A stretch of 64,000 bases of DNA, from contig JAJPYE010000007.1 in assembly GCA_021205095.1 (NCBI GenBank), positions 62,338 through 126,337 of the forward strand, given 5' to 3'. The notes below the pieces were generated by a model. The model searched no databases. It saw nothing but the letters and a program-made list of their open reading frames with translations, and had not been told where the DNA came from. Below are positions 1-9,948 of the stretch, one piece after another. Each line of letters begins with the position of its first letter. Position 1 is the stretch's first letter. Source of the DNA: Oscillospiraceae bacterium. GTDB taxonomy: Bacteria > Bacillota > Clostridia > Oscillospirales > Oscillospiraceae. The position numbers and the translations under genes are program-made.

Positions 1-1
1 G

Positions 2-1228
2 TTATGGATTCCCATTGGTCTGGCTCTTGGTTATGCTCTGAGCTGGATTTTTGAGGCGCCCCGTCTGCGGCGGTTTTCCATCGTGGCGGACGACTCCATT
101 ACCATCCCGCAGTACCTGACCAACCGCTTTTTGTCAAAATCCAAGTCCCTCCAGGTGATTTGCGCGGTCATCTTCCTGGTGGCGTACACTATTTACGCCG
201 CTTCCAGTATGAAGGCCTGCGGCACCCTGTTCCATACCGTTATCGGCATGGACGAGACGGTGGCCATGTATCTTGCCGCCGTCATCATCGTGGCCTACAC
301 CTTCCTGGGCGGCTTTTCCGCCGTCTGCTGGACAGACTTCTTCCAGGGTATGCTAATGCTGGGCGCGCTGCTGATTGCCCCCATTTTTGCGGCGTTCATG
401 CTGGACGGCTCCGCCACTACCGCGGTGTCCGACGGATATTGGAACCTGTTCTCTAGCTGGCAGGATGTGATTTCCGGCCTTGGTTGGGGTCTGGGATATT
501 TTGGTATGCCCCATATCATCATCCGCTTCATGTCCCTGAAAAGCCAGAAGGATCTGAAAAAGTCCGCCAAAATCGGCATTATCTGGACGGTTCTGATCCT
601 GGTCTTTGCCGCTGTGGTGGGCATTGTGGGCCGTATGTTCCTGGGCTATGACGAGGGGATTTACGGCGACTCCCTGGTGTTCATCACCATGGTTCGCACC
701 ATCTTCCCCGGTATCATCTCCGGCATCCTGCTCTCTGCGGTGCTGGCCGCTTCCATGAGCACGGCGGACAGCCAGCTTCTGGCGGCGTCCTCCGCTTTCT
801 CCAGCGATGTGTATAAGCCCATCATCCGCAAGGGCAAGTCCTCCGACAAGGAAATGCTCTGGGCCGGTCGTATCGTGGTGGTGATTATTGCGGTGGTGGC
901 CGTTATTATCGCCTCCAACCCCAACGCGGGGACGATCATGAGCCTGGTTTCTAACGCCTGGGGCGTGTTCGGCGCGGCCTTTGGCCCGGTCATCCTTCTG
1001 AGCCTGTACTGGAAGCGCTTTAACTTCAAGGGCGCTGTGGCCGGTATTCTGGCAGGCGCTGTGGTTGACATCCTGTGGCTTGCGTTCCTGTCCGGCACCG
1101 GCGTCTATGAGATCATCCCCGGCTTTATCGCCGGACTCCTGGCCGCCGTCATCACCACCTACTGCACCAAGGAACCCTCCAAGGATGTAGAGGATCTGTT
1201 CGACAAGGCTGTGGCGTATACGGACTGA
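2..1228 (+). CDS. putP: Sodium/proline (SSF family) symporter, 5' end cut by window edge
   Basis: Reading frame is open from nt 2. Polytopic SSF-like sequence (GGFSAVCWTDFFQG, SMSTADSQLL). A strong hairpin follows the stop. Confidence 0.85.
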   Translation, partial: LWIPIGLALGYALSWIFEAPRLRRFSIVADDSITIPQYLTNRFLSKSKSLQVICAVIFLVAYTIYAASSMKACGTLFHTVIGMDETVAMYLAAVIIVAYTFLGGFSAVCWTDFFQGMLMLGALLIAPIFAAFMLDGSATTAVSDGYWNLFSSWQDVISGLGWGLGYFGMPHIIIRFMSLKSQKDLKKSAKIGIIWTVLILVFAAVVGIVGRMFLGYDEGIYGDSLVFITMVRTIFPGIISGILLSAVLAASMSTADSQLLAASSAFSSDVYKPIIRKGKSSDKEMLWAGRIVVVIIAVVAVIIASNPNAGTIMSLVSNAWGVFGAAFGPVILLSLYWKRFNFKGAVAGILAGAVVDILWLAFLSGTGVYEIIPGFIAGLLAAVITTYCTKEPSKDVEDLFDKAVAYTD

Positions 1229-1315
1229 AACATCATGCTTTGCGGATCCGTCCGCAGGGCAGGAGCTAAGATAAAAATACAATGGCCGTCTGCGGCTGTT
1301 GTATCATAAAGCCAA

Positions 1316-1356
1316 GGGAGCGCTGCGAAACCAAACCGCAGCGCTCCCGCTTTTGT
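1316..1356 (+). terminator. Rho-independent terminator after putP
   Basis: Perfect 12-bp stem GGGAGCGCTGCG/CGCAGCGCTCCC (1316-1327/1337-1348), then GCTTTTGTTT. Confidence 0.8.
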
Positions 1357-1427
1357 TTCAATAAGAATGACTCGACGTTGTTCCGTGATATATCGGGGCT
1401 TTAAAAACAGGCCCTGACCGGGTCGGC

Positions 1428-2336
1428 TCACGTATCCTCCTCCGTGGGATTCACATGAACCATGACGTGCTTCACCTGGGGGAACTCAGTTTCCAGGGCC
1501 AGGTGGACGGCCTCGGCGATGGCGTGGGCCTGGCGGAGGGGCATGGAGCCGTCGGCCCGTATTTCCATTTCCACATAGACCCGGCTGCCGAACATCCGCG
1601 TGTGGAGCAGGTCGATGTCCAGCACCCCCGGCTGGGCCAGGGCGCAGGCGCGCATCTGCGCCTCCGTCTGCTGGTCGCAGGCGCGGTCAACCATTTTGTC
1701 CAGGGCATCCCGGCCTATGTCCCAGGCCGCCTTCAGAATACACAGGGATATGACCACGCTGGCCGCCGCGTCCATGAAGGGCAGACCCAGCATGGAGCCG
1801 CCCACGCCGATAAGCGCCCCGATGGAGGAAAGCGCGTCCGAGCGGTGGTGCCACGCGTCCGCCATTAGCGCTGTGGAATTGACCCGCAGGGCGTGGCGGC
1901 GGGTGTAGCGGTACATCCCCTCCTTGGCGAGAATGGACACGATCGCCGCCCCCAGGGCCAGCGCTCCCGGCGTTTCCAGGCTTTCGAAATCCCCGGCGAT
2001 AAGGGTGTTCAGCCCGTTCCAGCCCAGGCCCAGGCCGGTGAGGACCAGGATGCCTGCCAGCAGGATCGCCGCCGCGCACTCCATCCGTTCGTGGCCGTAG
2101 GGATGCTCGGCGTCCGCCGCCTTTTGGGACAGGCGCACTCCCACCATGACGATCAGGGTGCTGAAAACGTCCGAGGCGGTGTGTACCGCGTCGGAGAGCA
2201 TGGCCCCGGAATGGCCCAGCAGCCCCGCCAGCAGCTTCATGACCATCAGCAGGATGTTTCCTGCCAGCGTCACGGCGGACACCCGCATCACCACCGGCAG
2301 CATGGCCTGGGGGTCGTTTTTTCCAACTCGTTTCAT
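1428..2336 (-). CDS. Cation diffusion facilitator (CDF) family metal efflux transporter
   Basis: CDF signature HSGAMLSDAVHTASD in TM2, HHRSDALSS in TM5, and a C-terminal cytoplasmic domain. GGAGGA lies 6 nt upstream of the ATG. Confidence 0.85.
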   Translation of the reverse strand: MKRVGKNDPQAMLPVVMRVSAVTLAGNILLMVMKLLAGLLGHSGAMLSDAVHTASDVFSTLIVMVGVRLSQKAADAEHPYGHERMECAAAILLAGILVLTGLGLGWNGLNTLIAGDFESLETPGALALGAAIVSILAKEGMYRYTRRHALRVNSTALMADAWHHRSDALSSIGALIGVGGSMLGLPFMDAAASVVISLCILKAAWDIGRDALDKMVDRACDQQTEAQMRACALAQPGVLDIDLLHTRMFGSRVYVEMEIRADGSMPLRQAHAIAEAVHLALETEFPQVKHVMVHVNPTEEDT

Positions 2337-2354
2337 TTCAATTCCTCCATGGGG

Positions 2355-2402
2355 ACAGAAAAATCCACGGGACGGTTTTTTGAAAGCGTTGTCCCGTGGA
2401 TT
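2355..2402 (-). terminator. Terminator-like hairpin about 20 nt upstream of the CDF start codon
   Basis: Perfect 12-bp stem AATCCACGGGAC/GTCCCGTGGATT with a 17-nt loop. On the minus strand a TTTTT run follows it. Confidence 0.6.
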
Positions 2403-2514
2403 ATTATATGTCTGCGTCCACTGTCACGTCCGTGACCCGGCTCCGGCGGACAGCCGCCGGCCTGTTCGATTGATTTTATGGCTCATGCTATCACGGCGGG
2501 ATTCGGTTTGTCAA
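2403..2514 (-). promoter_or_regulatory. Candidate promoter(s) and palindromes/hairpins of the CDF leader
   Basis: On the minus strand: TTGACA (2509-2514), 18 nt, TAGCAT (2485-2490). Two GC-rich inverted repeats: CCGGCGG-CTGT-CCGCCGG (2443-2460) and GTCAC-GGAC-GTGAC (2423-2436). A second consensus TATAAT sits at 2403-2408. Confidence 0.4.
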
Positions 2515-2553
2515 GCATAATAAAGATTAACGCGGCATTGCGCCCGCCATGCG

Positions 2554-3699
2554 CTATAAATGCCTTGTCCCCCACCGGTACAGGGGCTTTTCCCATAGAT
2601 AGGTGACGGCGGCGGCGACAACACCAGCGGCCAGGAAGCACAATAATGTATATTGTATCTGCCAGGGCTGCTCCATGGCCTGGTTGGGCAGGGGCGAGAC
2701 GTAGGCGGGGATGTGCCAGTCCTTCAGGCGGCAAGCCAGAAACTGATGCCATATATAATAGTTATAGGAGATACCGGCCAGGAATTTTGTCACAGGGTTT
2801 CCCACCGCCCGGCAGAAGCCAGCAGGCCCCAGACAGCCGCACACCAGAAGCGTTCCGCTCAAAAGGCCCAGGGGCAGCCGCCATAATAGCTGTTCCCGGC
2901 GCATTTGGGCGTAGTCCCCGGTGGTCTGCACATATAAGATTTGGAATATGACCAGCAGACACAGCACGCTCCCCGCCGCCAGAAGCCGCCGGAGGCCGGG
3001 GGAGATCTCCCGCTCCTCCCACCGGGCCAGCACCCAGGCGGCCCCCATGCCGCAGGCGTATAAATCCAGCATACAGGGGAGCTGATTGACCAAATAGGTG
3101 TTGCTGTCTATAGTGTATACCACCGCCCGGCAGGCGAAGGCCGCGAAACACAGCCCCAGGCAGGTACAGCCCGGCCTCCGGCGATAGGCCCAGGCCAGCA
3201 GGGGGAACAGGGCATAAAATTGCACCTCCACCGCCATGGTCCATAGCACGCCGTTCAAGGGGGTGGAGGCGTAAAGGTCGAAAAACAGGTTGTGGGTGTA
3301 GGTCATATGGGCCAGCAAATCCTTCAGCATAGCCCCAACGGTGGCGTATTCTCCCTGGGGAATGGCCCACAGCAGCAAAATCAGCACCACGGACAGCATA
3401 TAGGACGGCACGACCCGCCAAAAACGCTTTTGGTAAAAGACCCCGGTCTCCGGCGTAAGGCCCCGGCTCTGGGCGGCCCTGGCGTGGGGCAGGGCCAGCA
3501 GAAAGCCGGACAGCACCAGCAGCACGTCCACCATCATGTACCCGTGGCGCACCATCTGCTGCAAATTGACCCGCACCCCGCCCAGGGAAAATCCGGGATC
3601 GAGCCAGCTCTGCTGCCATATGTGATACCAGGCGATCAGCCCGATGCAGACCACCCGCAGCATGTCCGCCGCGGCAAGATAGGGCCGTTCCTCCCTCAT
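2554..3699 (-). CDS. Acyltransferase family 3 (OatA-like) integral membrane protein
   Basis: About 10 TM helices with an acyltransferase_3-like N-terminus (RVVCIGLIAWYHIWQ). Start chosen at the ATG that forms an ATGA overlap with the trmB stop; the longer track ORF is an extension. Confidence 0.7.
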   Translation of the reverse strand: MREERPYLAAADMLRVVCIGLIAWYHIWQQSWLDPGFSLGGVRVNLQQMVRHGYMMVDVLLVLSGFLLALPHARAAQSRGLTPETGVFYQKRFWRVVPSYMLSVVLILLLWAIPQGEYATVGAMLKDLLAHMTYTHNLFFDLYASTPLNGVLWTMAVEVQFYALFPLLAWAYRRRPGCTCLGLCFAAFACRAVVYTIDSNTYLVNQLPCMLDLYACGMGAAWVLARWEEREISPGLRRLLAAGSVLCLLVIFQILYVQTTGDYAQMRREQLLWRLPLGLLSGTLLVCGCLGPAGFCRAVGNPVTKFLAGISYNYYIWHQFLACRLKDWHIPAYVSPLPNQAMEQPWQIQYTLLCFLAAGVVAAAVTYLWEKPLYRWGTRHL

Positions 3700-4385
3700 G
3701 GAGCCTCCGGGGCGGGCTTTTTCTCCGGGACGGGGGTGGCGGGCCTGTCCTCCCGTTTGTATGCCACGCACCGGCAGATGGGGACGCCCTGCTCGTAAAA
3801 CCGCTGCTCATAGTCGGTCATCACCCCGGTGGGGCCGTTCTGGTGCAGGTCGTGGGTGGCCTCCTCCAGCTCATAGCCCATGAAGGCGAACTGCTCCAGG
3901 CTCCAGTCGAAAAGCCACGCCTGGTCGGTCTTGTACTCGATGCGCCCCCCCACGGGCAGAATGTCCCAGTACATCGCGAGAAACTTCGGGGCCGTCAGCC
4001 GGTGCTTGGCCTCCTTCTTCCGAGGCCAGGGGTCGGGAAAGTTTATGTAAATGACCGATACCTCCCCCGGCGCGAAAATGGCCGGGACGTTCAGCACGTC
4101 CGTATCGATAAAGCGGACGTTTTCTATTTTCTCAGCGCATACCCGCTCCATGGCCGTCACCATGGCGTTGGGAACCTTTTCCAGCGCCACCAGCAGCGCC
4201 TCCGGCGCGGCCTGGGCGGTGGCGGCGGTGAACCGGCCCTTGCCGCAGCCCATCTCTGCCCGTACCTCCCGGCAGCCGGGGAGCAGCCCGGCCCACTGGC
4301 CCCGCAGCTCCTCCGGCTGGAACACCTGCACCGCCGCGCACCGCTCCATTCGGGGTATCAAATTCTTCTTGTTTCTCATTCGCAT
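3696..4385 (-). CDS. trmB: tRNA (guanine46-N7)-methyltransferase
   Basis: EMGCGKG SAM-binding motif, NFPDPWPKK-like FPDPWPRKK motif, and TDYEQRF at the C-terminus. Confidence 0.9.
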   Translation of the reverse strand: MRMRNKKNLIPRMERCAAVQVFQPEELRGQWAGLLPGCREVRAEMGCGKGRFTAATAQAAPEALLVALEKVPNAMVTAMERVCAEKIENVRFIDTDVLNVPAIFAPGEVSVIYINFPDPWPRKKEAKHRLTAPKFLAMYWDILPVGGRIEYKTDQAWLFDWSLEQFAFMGYELEEATHDLHQNGPTGVMTDYEQRFYEQGVPICRCVAYKREDRPATPVPEKKPAPEAP

Positions 4386-4555
4386 GGACTGCCGCCTCCT
4401 GCATTTCTCATTTGCACCTTATTATAATTATACAAGCCCTTTTTTGTCAATGGGTGAGGCGGTTTTACAAATCCCATAAAAGTATATTACAAAATGTATA
4501 TGAATATTAATATAATGTTAGGACTATTTAGGAAACGTAATAATTTGCCAAACAC

Positions 4556-4584
4556 TTGACAAAGTGGCAGGAAGAGAATATACT
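4556..4584 (+). promoter_or_regulatory. Sigma-A type promoter for the acidic secreted protein gene
   Basis: TTGACA (4556-4561), 17 nt, TATACT (4579-4584), in an AT-rich intergenic region. Confidence 0.5.
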
Positions 4585-4690
4585 AAAGAAACATTATGAA
4601 AAAAGTGACGAAAAAGGAAAGGATTTCTCTCTGTTGCCGGAAACCCCGGCGGCTGGCGCTTTTTTCAAAAATCGAGATGAAGGAGAACGT

Positions 4691-6556
4691 ATGATGAAAC
4701 GTATACTTAGCTTGCTTCTGGTAGTCGTATTCGTTTTCGCGCTGGTGGCGGTTCCCGTCGTCGCTGCGTACGACGATCCACCCCCACCACCTGATGGCGG
4801 TGACGAGGCGCCCCCCGAAGGAGGCAGTGAGACACCACCTAGTGAAGATGATGAAATTCCTGAGGTACCTGTTTCCGGAGACAGCGAGACTGGCGACGGT
4901 GAGACCGGTGACGGCGAGAACGGTGACGGCGAGAACGGTGACGGCGAGAACGGCGATGGTGAGAACGGCGATGGTGAGAACGATGACACCGAAGTCACCG
5001 ACACGGTGAACGAGGACGGCACGGTGGACACCGAGCGTCTGGAGGCTACCATTGAGGCCGGTATCGAGCTGGGCATTTCGGAGCTGGAGAACGCAGAGGA
5101 AATGCAGTCCGCCATGGACGATGCCCAGGTTCTGCTTGCCCGCATTGAGGCCGGTGATGAGACCGTGACCCAGGCGGAGGTCGATGCGGCTACTGCGGCG
5201 TTGCAGGCAGAAATCGACAAAGCGACGGCGGCAGAGGATTCCGAGGAGACGGAGGAAACCGACGAAACCAACGGAACCGTGGATTCTGAAAAATATGTAA
5301 CTGAGAACGGCGTAAATTACGCTGCCCTGATTGCCGCCATCGACGCAGCCAGGGGAGTGGCAATAGAACAGTTAAGTGAAGAGCAACAGACAGCCGTGGA
5401 GGCCGCCATCGAAGTTCTTGAAGAGGCAGAGGCCTATAACGAGGCTGTCGAAGCTCAAAATGAAGCCGCTGCGGAGGGAACAGATTCTTCCGAGGGTGAT
5501 GCCGTTGCTGATACGACTGCTGGTTCGGCAATAGAAGTATCTATTGAAGCTGCTAAGGCGCTCCAGGAAAAGGTCAATGATGCGGTAGAGGCCCTGAACG
5601 CGGTTGGAATCGTCGCGGAGAATACCACTGCCAGCGGCGAGACCAGCGGCGAAGTAGGCGGCGAGACCAATAATGAGTCCAGTAGTGAACCCAGCGGTGG
5701 CAGCGGCGAACCCGGCGGCGGCATGGGCGGCCCTGGCGGTGCTCCTGGCGGCATGGGTGGCGCCAGCGGCGAGGCTAAGAAGACCTATGGCGGCGAGGAA
5801 GTTGCCATCATTCTGAACACTGCCGTTGCGGCCACGGACGCGGAGAGCGAGATTCTGGCCTACTTCCGGGAGACGCTGTCTGAGTCCACCGACGGCAAGA
5901 TCACCGTGACTGTCAACTATGAAGTCGAGGTGGAGGCTGACGAGGAGCTGGATACGCTGGAGCCTTTGGCTGACGGCGAGGCCCAGATCGTGGCCTTTGC
6001 CCGCACGGAGTATAGGAATCGTATCCCTCTGATCAACGCTGTTCCTGACTTCACGCCTGCGACGGCGCAGAACACAGTGGATTATTACAAGAACCTCTTC
6101 CAGGACGATGAGGACGCGGCTGCGGCTCTTGAGGAAGAGGGCAAAGAGAACGGCGCGACCTACCTGGCCGCCTTTGTGGTCAAGGACGAGGTTGGCGACG
6201 GATTCAGCGGCGGCAACCTGCTGGTGGCCGACCTTGAATGGTGGGAGACCCTGTCCGACGAGGCCCAGGAGTTCATCCTCCAGGCTGCCCAGGACACGGC
6301 GGATTACTCCGCTGAGCTGATCGACGGCTCCGGCGCTTCCGGCGAAGCCTCCGGCGAGGCTGGCGGTGCTTCCGGCGAGGCCGCAGCCATTGAGCTGACC
6401 GATGAGGAGTTGGAGGAGTGGGCCACGGCCATCAACTCCGCCGCGACCCGTGCCAAGAACACGGCCACGGAGCTTGAGAAGGAAGACCAGTTCAAGGCCG
6501 TCATCGACGCCGCTGCCGACTTCATCGGCGTGGATCGCCCGGAATACGACTTCTGA
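4691..6556 (+). CDS. Secreted, extremely acidic repeat protein of unknown function
   Basis: ATG at 4691 is preceded by GAAGGAGAA. Signal peptide MMKRILSLLLVVVFVFALVAVPVVAAY. The protein has PPPP, GDGEN repeats, Ala/Glu helical segments and a Gly-rich linker. The track ORF start (4556) is an upstream extension. Confidence 0.75.
   Translation: MMKRILSLLLVVVFVFALVAVPVVAAYDDPPPPPDGGDEAPPEGGSETPPSEDDEIPEVPVSGDSETGDGETGDGENGDGENGDGENGDGENGDGENDDTEVTDTVNEDGTVDTERLEATIEAGIELGISELENAEEMQSAMDDAQVLLARIEAGDETVTQAEVDAATAALQAEIDKATAAEDSEETEETDETNGTVDSEKYVTENGVNYAALIAAIDAARGVAIEQLSEEQQTAVEAAIEVLEEAEAYNEAVEAQNEAAAEGTDSSEGDAVADTTAGSAIEVSIEAAKALQEKVNDAVEALNAVGIVAENTTASGETSGEVGGETNNESSSEPSGGSGEPGGGMGGPGGAPGGMGGASGEAKKTYGGEEVAIILNTAVAATDAESEILAYFRETLSESTDGKITVTVNYEVEVEADEELDTLEPLADGEAQIVAFARTEYRNRIPLINAVPDFTPATAQNTVDYYKNLFQDDEDAAAALEEEGKENGATYLAAFVVKDEVGDGFSGGNLLVADLEWWETLSDEAQEFILQAAQDTADYSAELIDGSGASGEASGEAGGASGEAAAIELTDEELEEWATAINSAATRAKNTATELEKEDQFKAVIDAAADFIGVDRPEYDF
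4892..4981 (+). repeat. Six tandem 15-bp units encoding GDGE(T/N)
   Basis: GGYGAYGGYGAGAMC is repeated 6 times in frame. Three units are identical. Confidence 0.9.
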
Positions 6557-6587
6557 GCTTTCAGAAAAACATAAAACCATAAAACCC

Positions 6588-6624
6588 ATCCGGGGCCATA
6601 TCCATATTGGATATGGCCCCGGAT
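6588..6624. terminator. Bidirectional terminator between convergent genes
   Basis: Perfect 16-bp stem ATCCGGGGCCATATCC/GGATATGGCCCCGGAT with a 5-nt loop and A/T-rich flanks. Confidence 0.8.
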
Positions 6625-6685
6625 ATTTGCTGTATTAACGTTAAGTATGCTCTCCCTTAGCGGGAGAATGGGGGATGCCCATTTC

Positions 6686-7858
<1,173 letters not shown>

Positions 7859-7878
7859 GGATGTTTCCTCCGTGTGTG

Positions 7879-8415
7879 TTATAGGTATGGCGAGTATATA
7901 TTGCCGCCGCAGTCGCAGAAAACGCTGACCGGGAAATTTTCCACCCGCAGGCGGCGGATGGCCTCCGTTCCCAGTTCGGGGAAGGCCACCACCTGGCTTT
8001 CCAGGATATACCGGGCCAGCAGCGCGCCGCAGCCGCCCTCGGCGGAAAAATATACCGCGGTGTTTTCCACAATGGAATCTATGACCGGCTGTCCCCGGCG
8101 GCCCTTACCGATCATGCCCCGCAGTCCCAGCTTCAGAAGCCGGGGGGTGTATCTGTCCATCCGATAGGAGGTGGTGGGGCCGCAGGAGCCGATAGGGTAT
8201 CCCGGCGGGGCCGGGGTGGGGCCGGTATAGAAGATGATTTGGTCTTTAATGTCAAAGGGCAGGGGAGACCCCTCGTCCAAAAGCTGGCAGAGCTTTTTGT
8301 GGGCGGCGTCCCGTGCGGTGTATATGGTGCCGGTGATGCGCACCTCATCCCCTGCGTGGAGGGCTTTCACCGTCTCCGGGGTCAGGGGCGTTTGAATCTG
8401 GACAGGAGCGGTCAT
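7879..8415 (-). CDS. Class I (Fe-S) fumarate hydratase / hydro-lyase, beta subunit
   Basis: FumA C-terminal-domain-like sequence (GTIYTARDAAHKKL, GMIGKG). The start forms an ATGA overlap with the alpha subunit stop. Confidence 0.8.
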   Translation of the reverse strand: MTAPVQIQTPLTPETVKALHAGDEVRITGTIYTARDAAHKKLCQLLDEGSPLPFDIKDQIIFYTGPTPAPPGYPIGSCGPTTSYRMDRYTPRLLKLGLRGMIGKGRRGQPVIDSIVENTAVYFSAEGGCGALLARYILESQVVAFPELGTEAIRRLRVENFPVSVFCDCGGNIYSPYL

Positions 8416-9179
8416 TGCAGCACCTCCGATGCGTAGCGCAGGCTGTGGCACCCCACGCTGACGGCGCAGGGCAGGCCCGCAATATGGGTGGGAGCCTGGA
8501 TGATGTTCACGCCGATGGAAAATTTCTTCACTTGGTCGTAAAGCTCCTGCTCCAGGGCGGCGTAATAGGGATCAGGATTCGGCTCCATGCGAAGCACCGC
8601 CTTTTTGGAGAGATAAGCCACCCGGTCAAAGCTGGCCCCGATGCCCACCCCGATCATCACCGGGGGACAGGCGTCCGGCACGGCCAGACGAGCCGTCTCC
8701 AAAACGAAGCGCTTCACGCCCTCCAGGCCGTCCGCCGGGGCCAGCATGGAGACTCTGGCCTTGTTCTCGCAGCCAAAGCCCCGCGGGGCCACGGTGATTT
8801 TCAGAGTGTTCCCCGGCACCATGTCCATGTATACCAGGGCGGGGGTGTTGTCCCCGGTGTTTTCCCGCCGCAGAGGATCGGAGACGATGGAGGCCCGCAG
8901 ATACCCGGCCTTCACCGCCCGGCGGACGCCCTCGTCCACCGCGCTCTGGATGGAGCCGGTGATGTGAACGTCCTGGCCGATTTCCAGATACACGGCGGCC
9001 AGACCCGTGTCCTGGCACAGGGGGATGATGCCGTTTTTCTCAAAATTTTCAATGATATAGGGGTTTCCAAAGTCATACAGCCGCTTTTTTACCGGCTCCG
9101 GCAGATGGAGGCAGGCGTCCACATACAGCCGCTCCACGGCGTCGGTTATCCGGGCGGCGGTTATCTCTGTCATGCTCAT
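8412..9179 (-). CDS. Class I (Fe-S) fumarate hydratase / hydro-lyase, alpha subunit
   Basis: CQDTG cluster-ligand motif and GVGIGASFD-type motif. ATGA overlap with the nadE stop. Confidence 0.8.
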   Translation of the reverse strand: MSMTEITAARITDAVERLYVDACLHLPEPVKKRLYDFGNPYIIENFEKNGIIPLCQDTGLAAVYLEIGQDVHITGSIQSAVDEGVRRAVKAGYLRASIVSDPLRRENTGDNTPALVYMDMVPGNTLKITVAPRGFGCENKARVSMLAPADGLEGVKRFVLETARLAVPDACPPVMIGVGIGASFDRVAYLSKKAVLRMEPNPDPYYAALEQELYDQVKKFSIGVNIIQAPTHIAGLPCAVSVGCHSLRYASEVLQ

Positions 9180-9904
9180 GGATGATATACCACCTGGGGA
9201 ACCCTCTTATGCTCGCTGGCCTGGTGGAAACGGTCGAGGATCTTTTTGTCCTCCTCCGTGGCCGTGCCGGTCAGGAGGTACTGGTCTATCTTTGCATAGG
9301 AGATGCCCATTTCGCTCTCATCCGTCTGGCCCTCGAAAAGACCGGCGGAGGGAGCCTTTGTCCGCACGGACATGGGGGCGTCCAAATAGGCCAGAAATTC
9401 AAATATCTCCGTGACCGTCAGGTCGGCAATAGGGTTGAAGTCATAGGCCCCGTCGCCCCATTTGGTGAAGTAGCCCATATACGCCTCGCTGGCGTTGCCG
9501 GTACCGGCCACCAGGCGGCCCTCCGCCCCGGCCACCGCGTAAAGGGTGGTCATGCGCAGACGAGGCGCAATGTTGGCGATGGCGGCGGGGGTCAGGTCGG
9601 TGATAGGTTCCAGGCTCTTCACGGCCTGCTCGCGCAGGGGGGTCAGGTCTACCATGCGGGTCTCGATATTGAATTTTTCCGCGACTTCTTTGCCATCGGT
9701 CAGGTCGATGCTGAAATTGCGCTGGGATACGCAGGGCATGAGGATGCCCACCGTATTGTCGCAGGCGGCTTTGCAGATGATGCCCACCAGGGCGGAGTCC
9801 TTGCCGCCGCTGTTGCCGTATACGATGCCCTTTGCGCCGCTGCTTTCCACAAGCTCCTTCACAAAGGCCACCCGGCTTTCAAATTCCTTTTCATAGTCCC
9901 GCAT
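9176..9904 (-). CDS. nadE: NH3-dependent NAD+ synthetase
   Basis: SGGKDS PP-loop motif and the size (242 aa) of the single-domain NadE. Confidence 0.85.
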   Translation of the reverse strand: MRDYEKEFESRVAFVKELVESSGAKGIVYGNSGGKDSALVGIICKAACDNTVGILMPCVSQRNFSIDLTDGKEVAEKFNIETRMVDLTPLREQAVKSLEPITDLTPAAIANIAPRLRMTTLYAVAGAEGRLVAGTGNASEAYMGYFTKWGDGAYDFNPIADLTVTEIFEFLAYLDAPMSVRTKAPSAGLFEGQTDESEMGISYAKIDQYLLTGTATEEDKKILDRFHQASEHKRVPQVVYHP

Positions 9905-9948
9905 TGTAGTTTCCTCCTTGCGTGTGGATTTGATTATTATAAGAGCCT

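Noticed and set aside
2403-2484. Identification of the CDF leader as a czcD/NiCo riboswitch
   Set aside because: ACAG-containing junction-like segments are present, but I can only draw two hairpins plus the terminator, not the four-helix junction of that class. It is kept only as an unclassified candidate in the findings.
4892-4981. A regularly spaced repeat array that could be mistaken for a CRISPR
   Set aside because: The units are contiguous 15-bp in-frame codon repeats with no spacers, inside a coding region. No cas genes are present.
5372-6589. A 405-aa antisense ORF inside the acidic secreted protein gene (also 4594-5271)
   Set aside because: It is the mirror of GAx-rich codons, giving S/L/F/R-rich nonsense. 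There are no translation signals.
9905-9948. A TATAAT hexamer in the purA-nadE spacer as an internal promoter
   Set aside because: There is no acceptable -35 at 16-18 nt. It is mentioned only as something to test in the operon finding.
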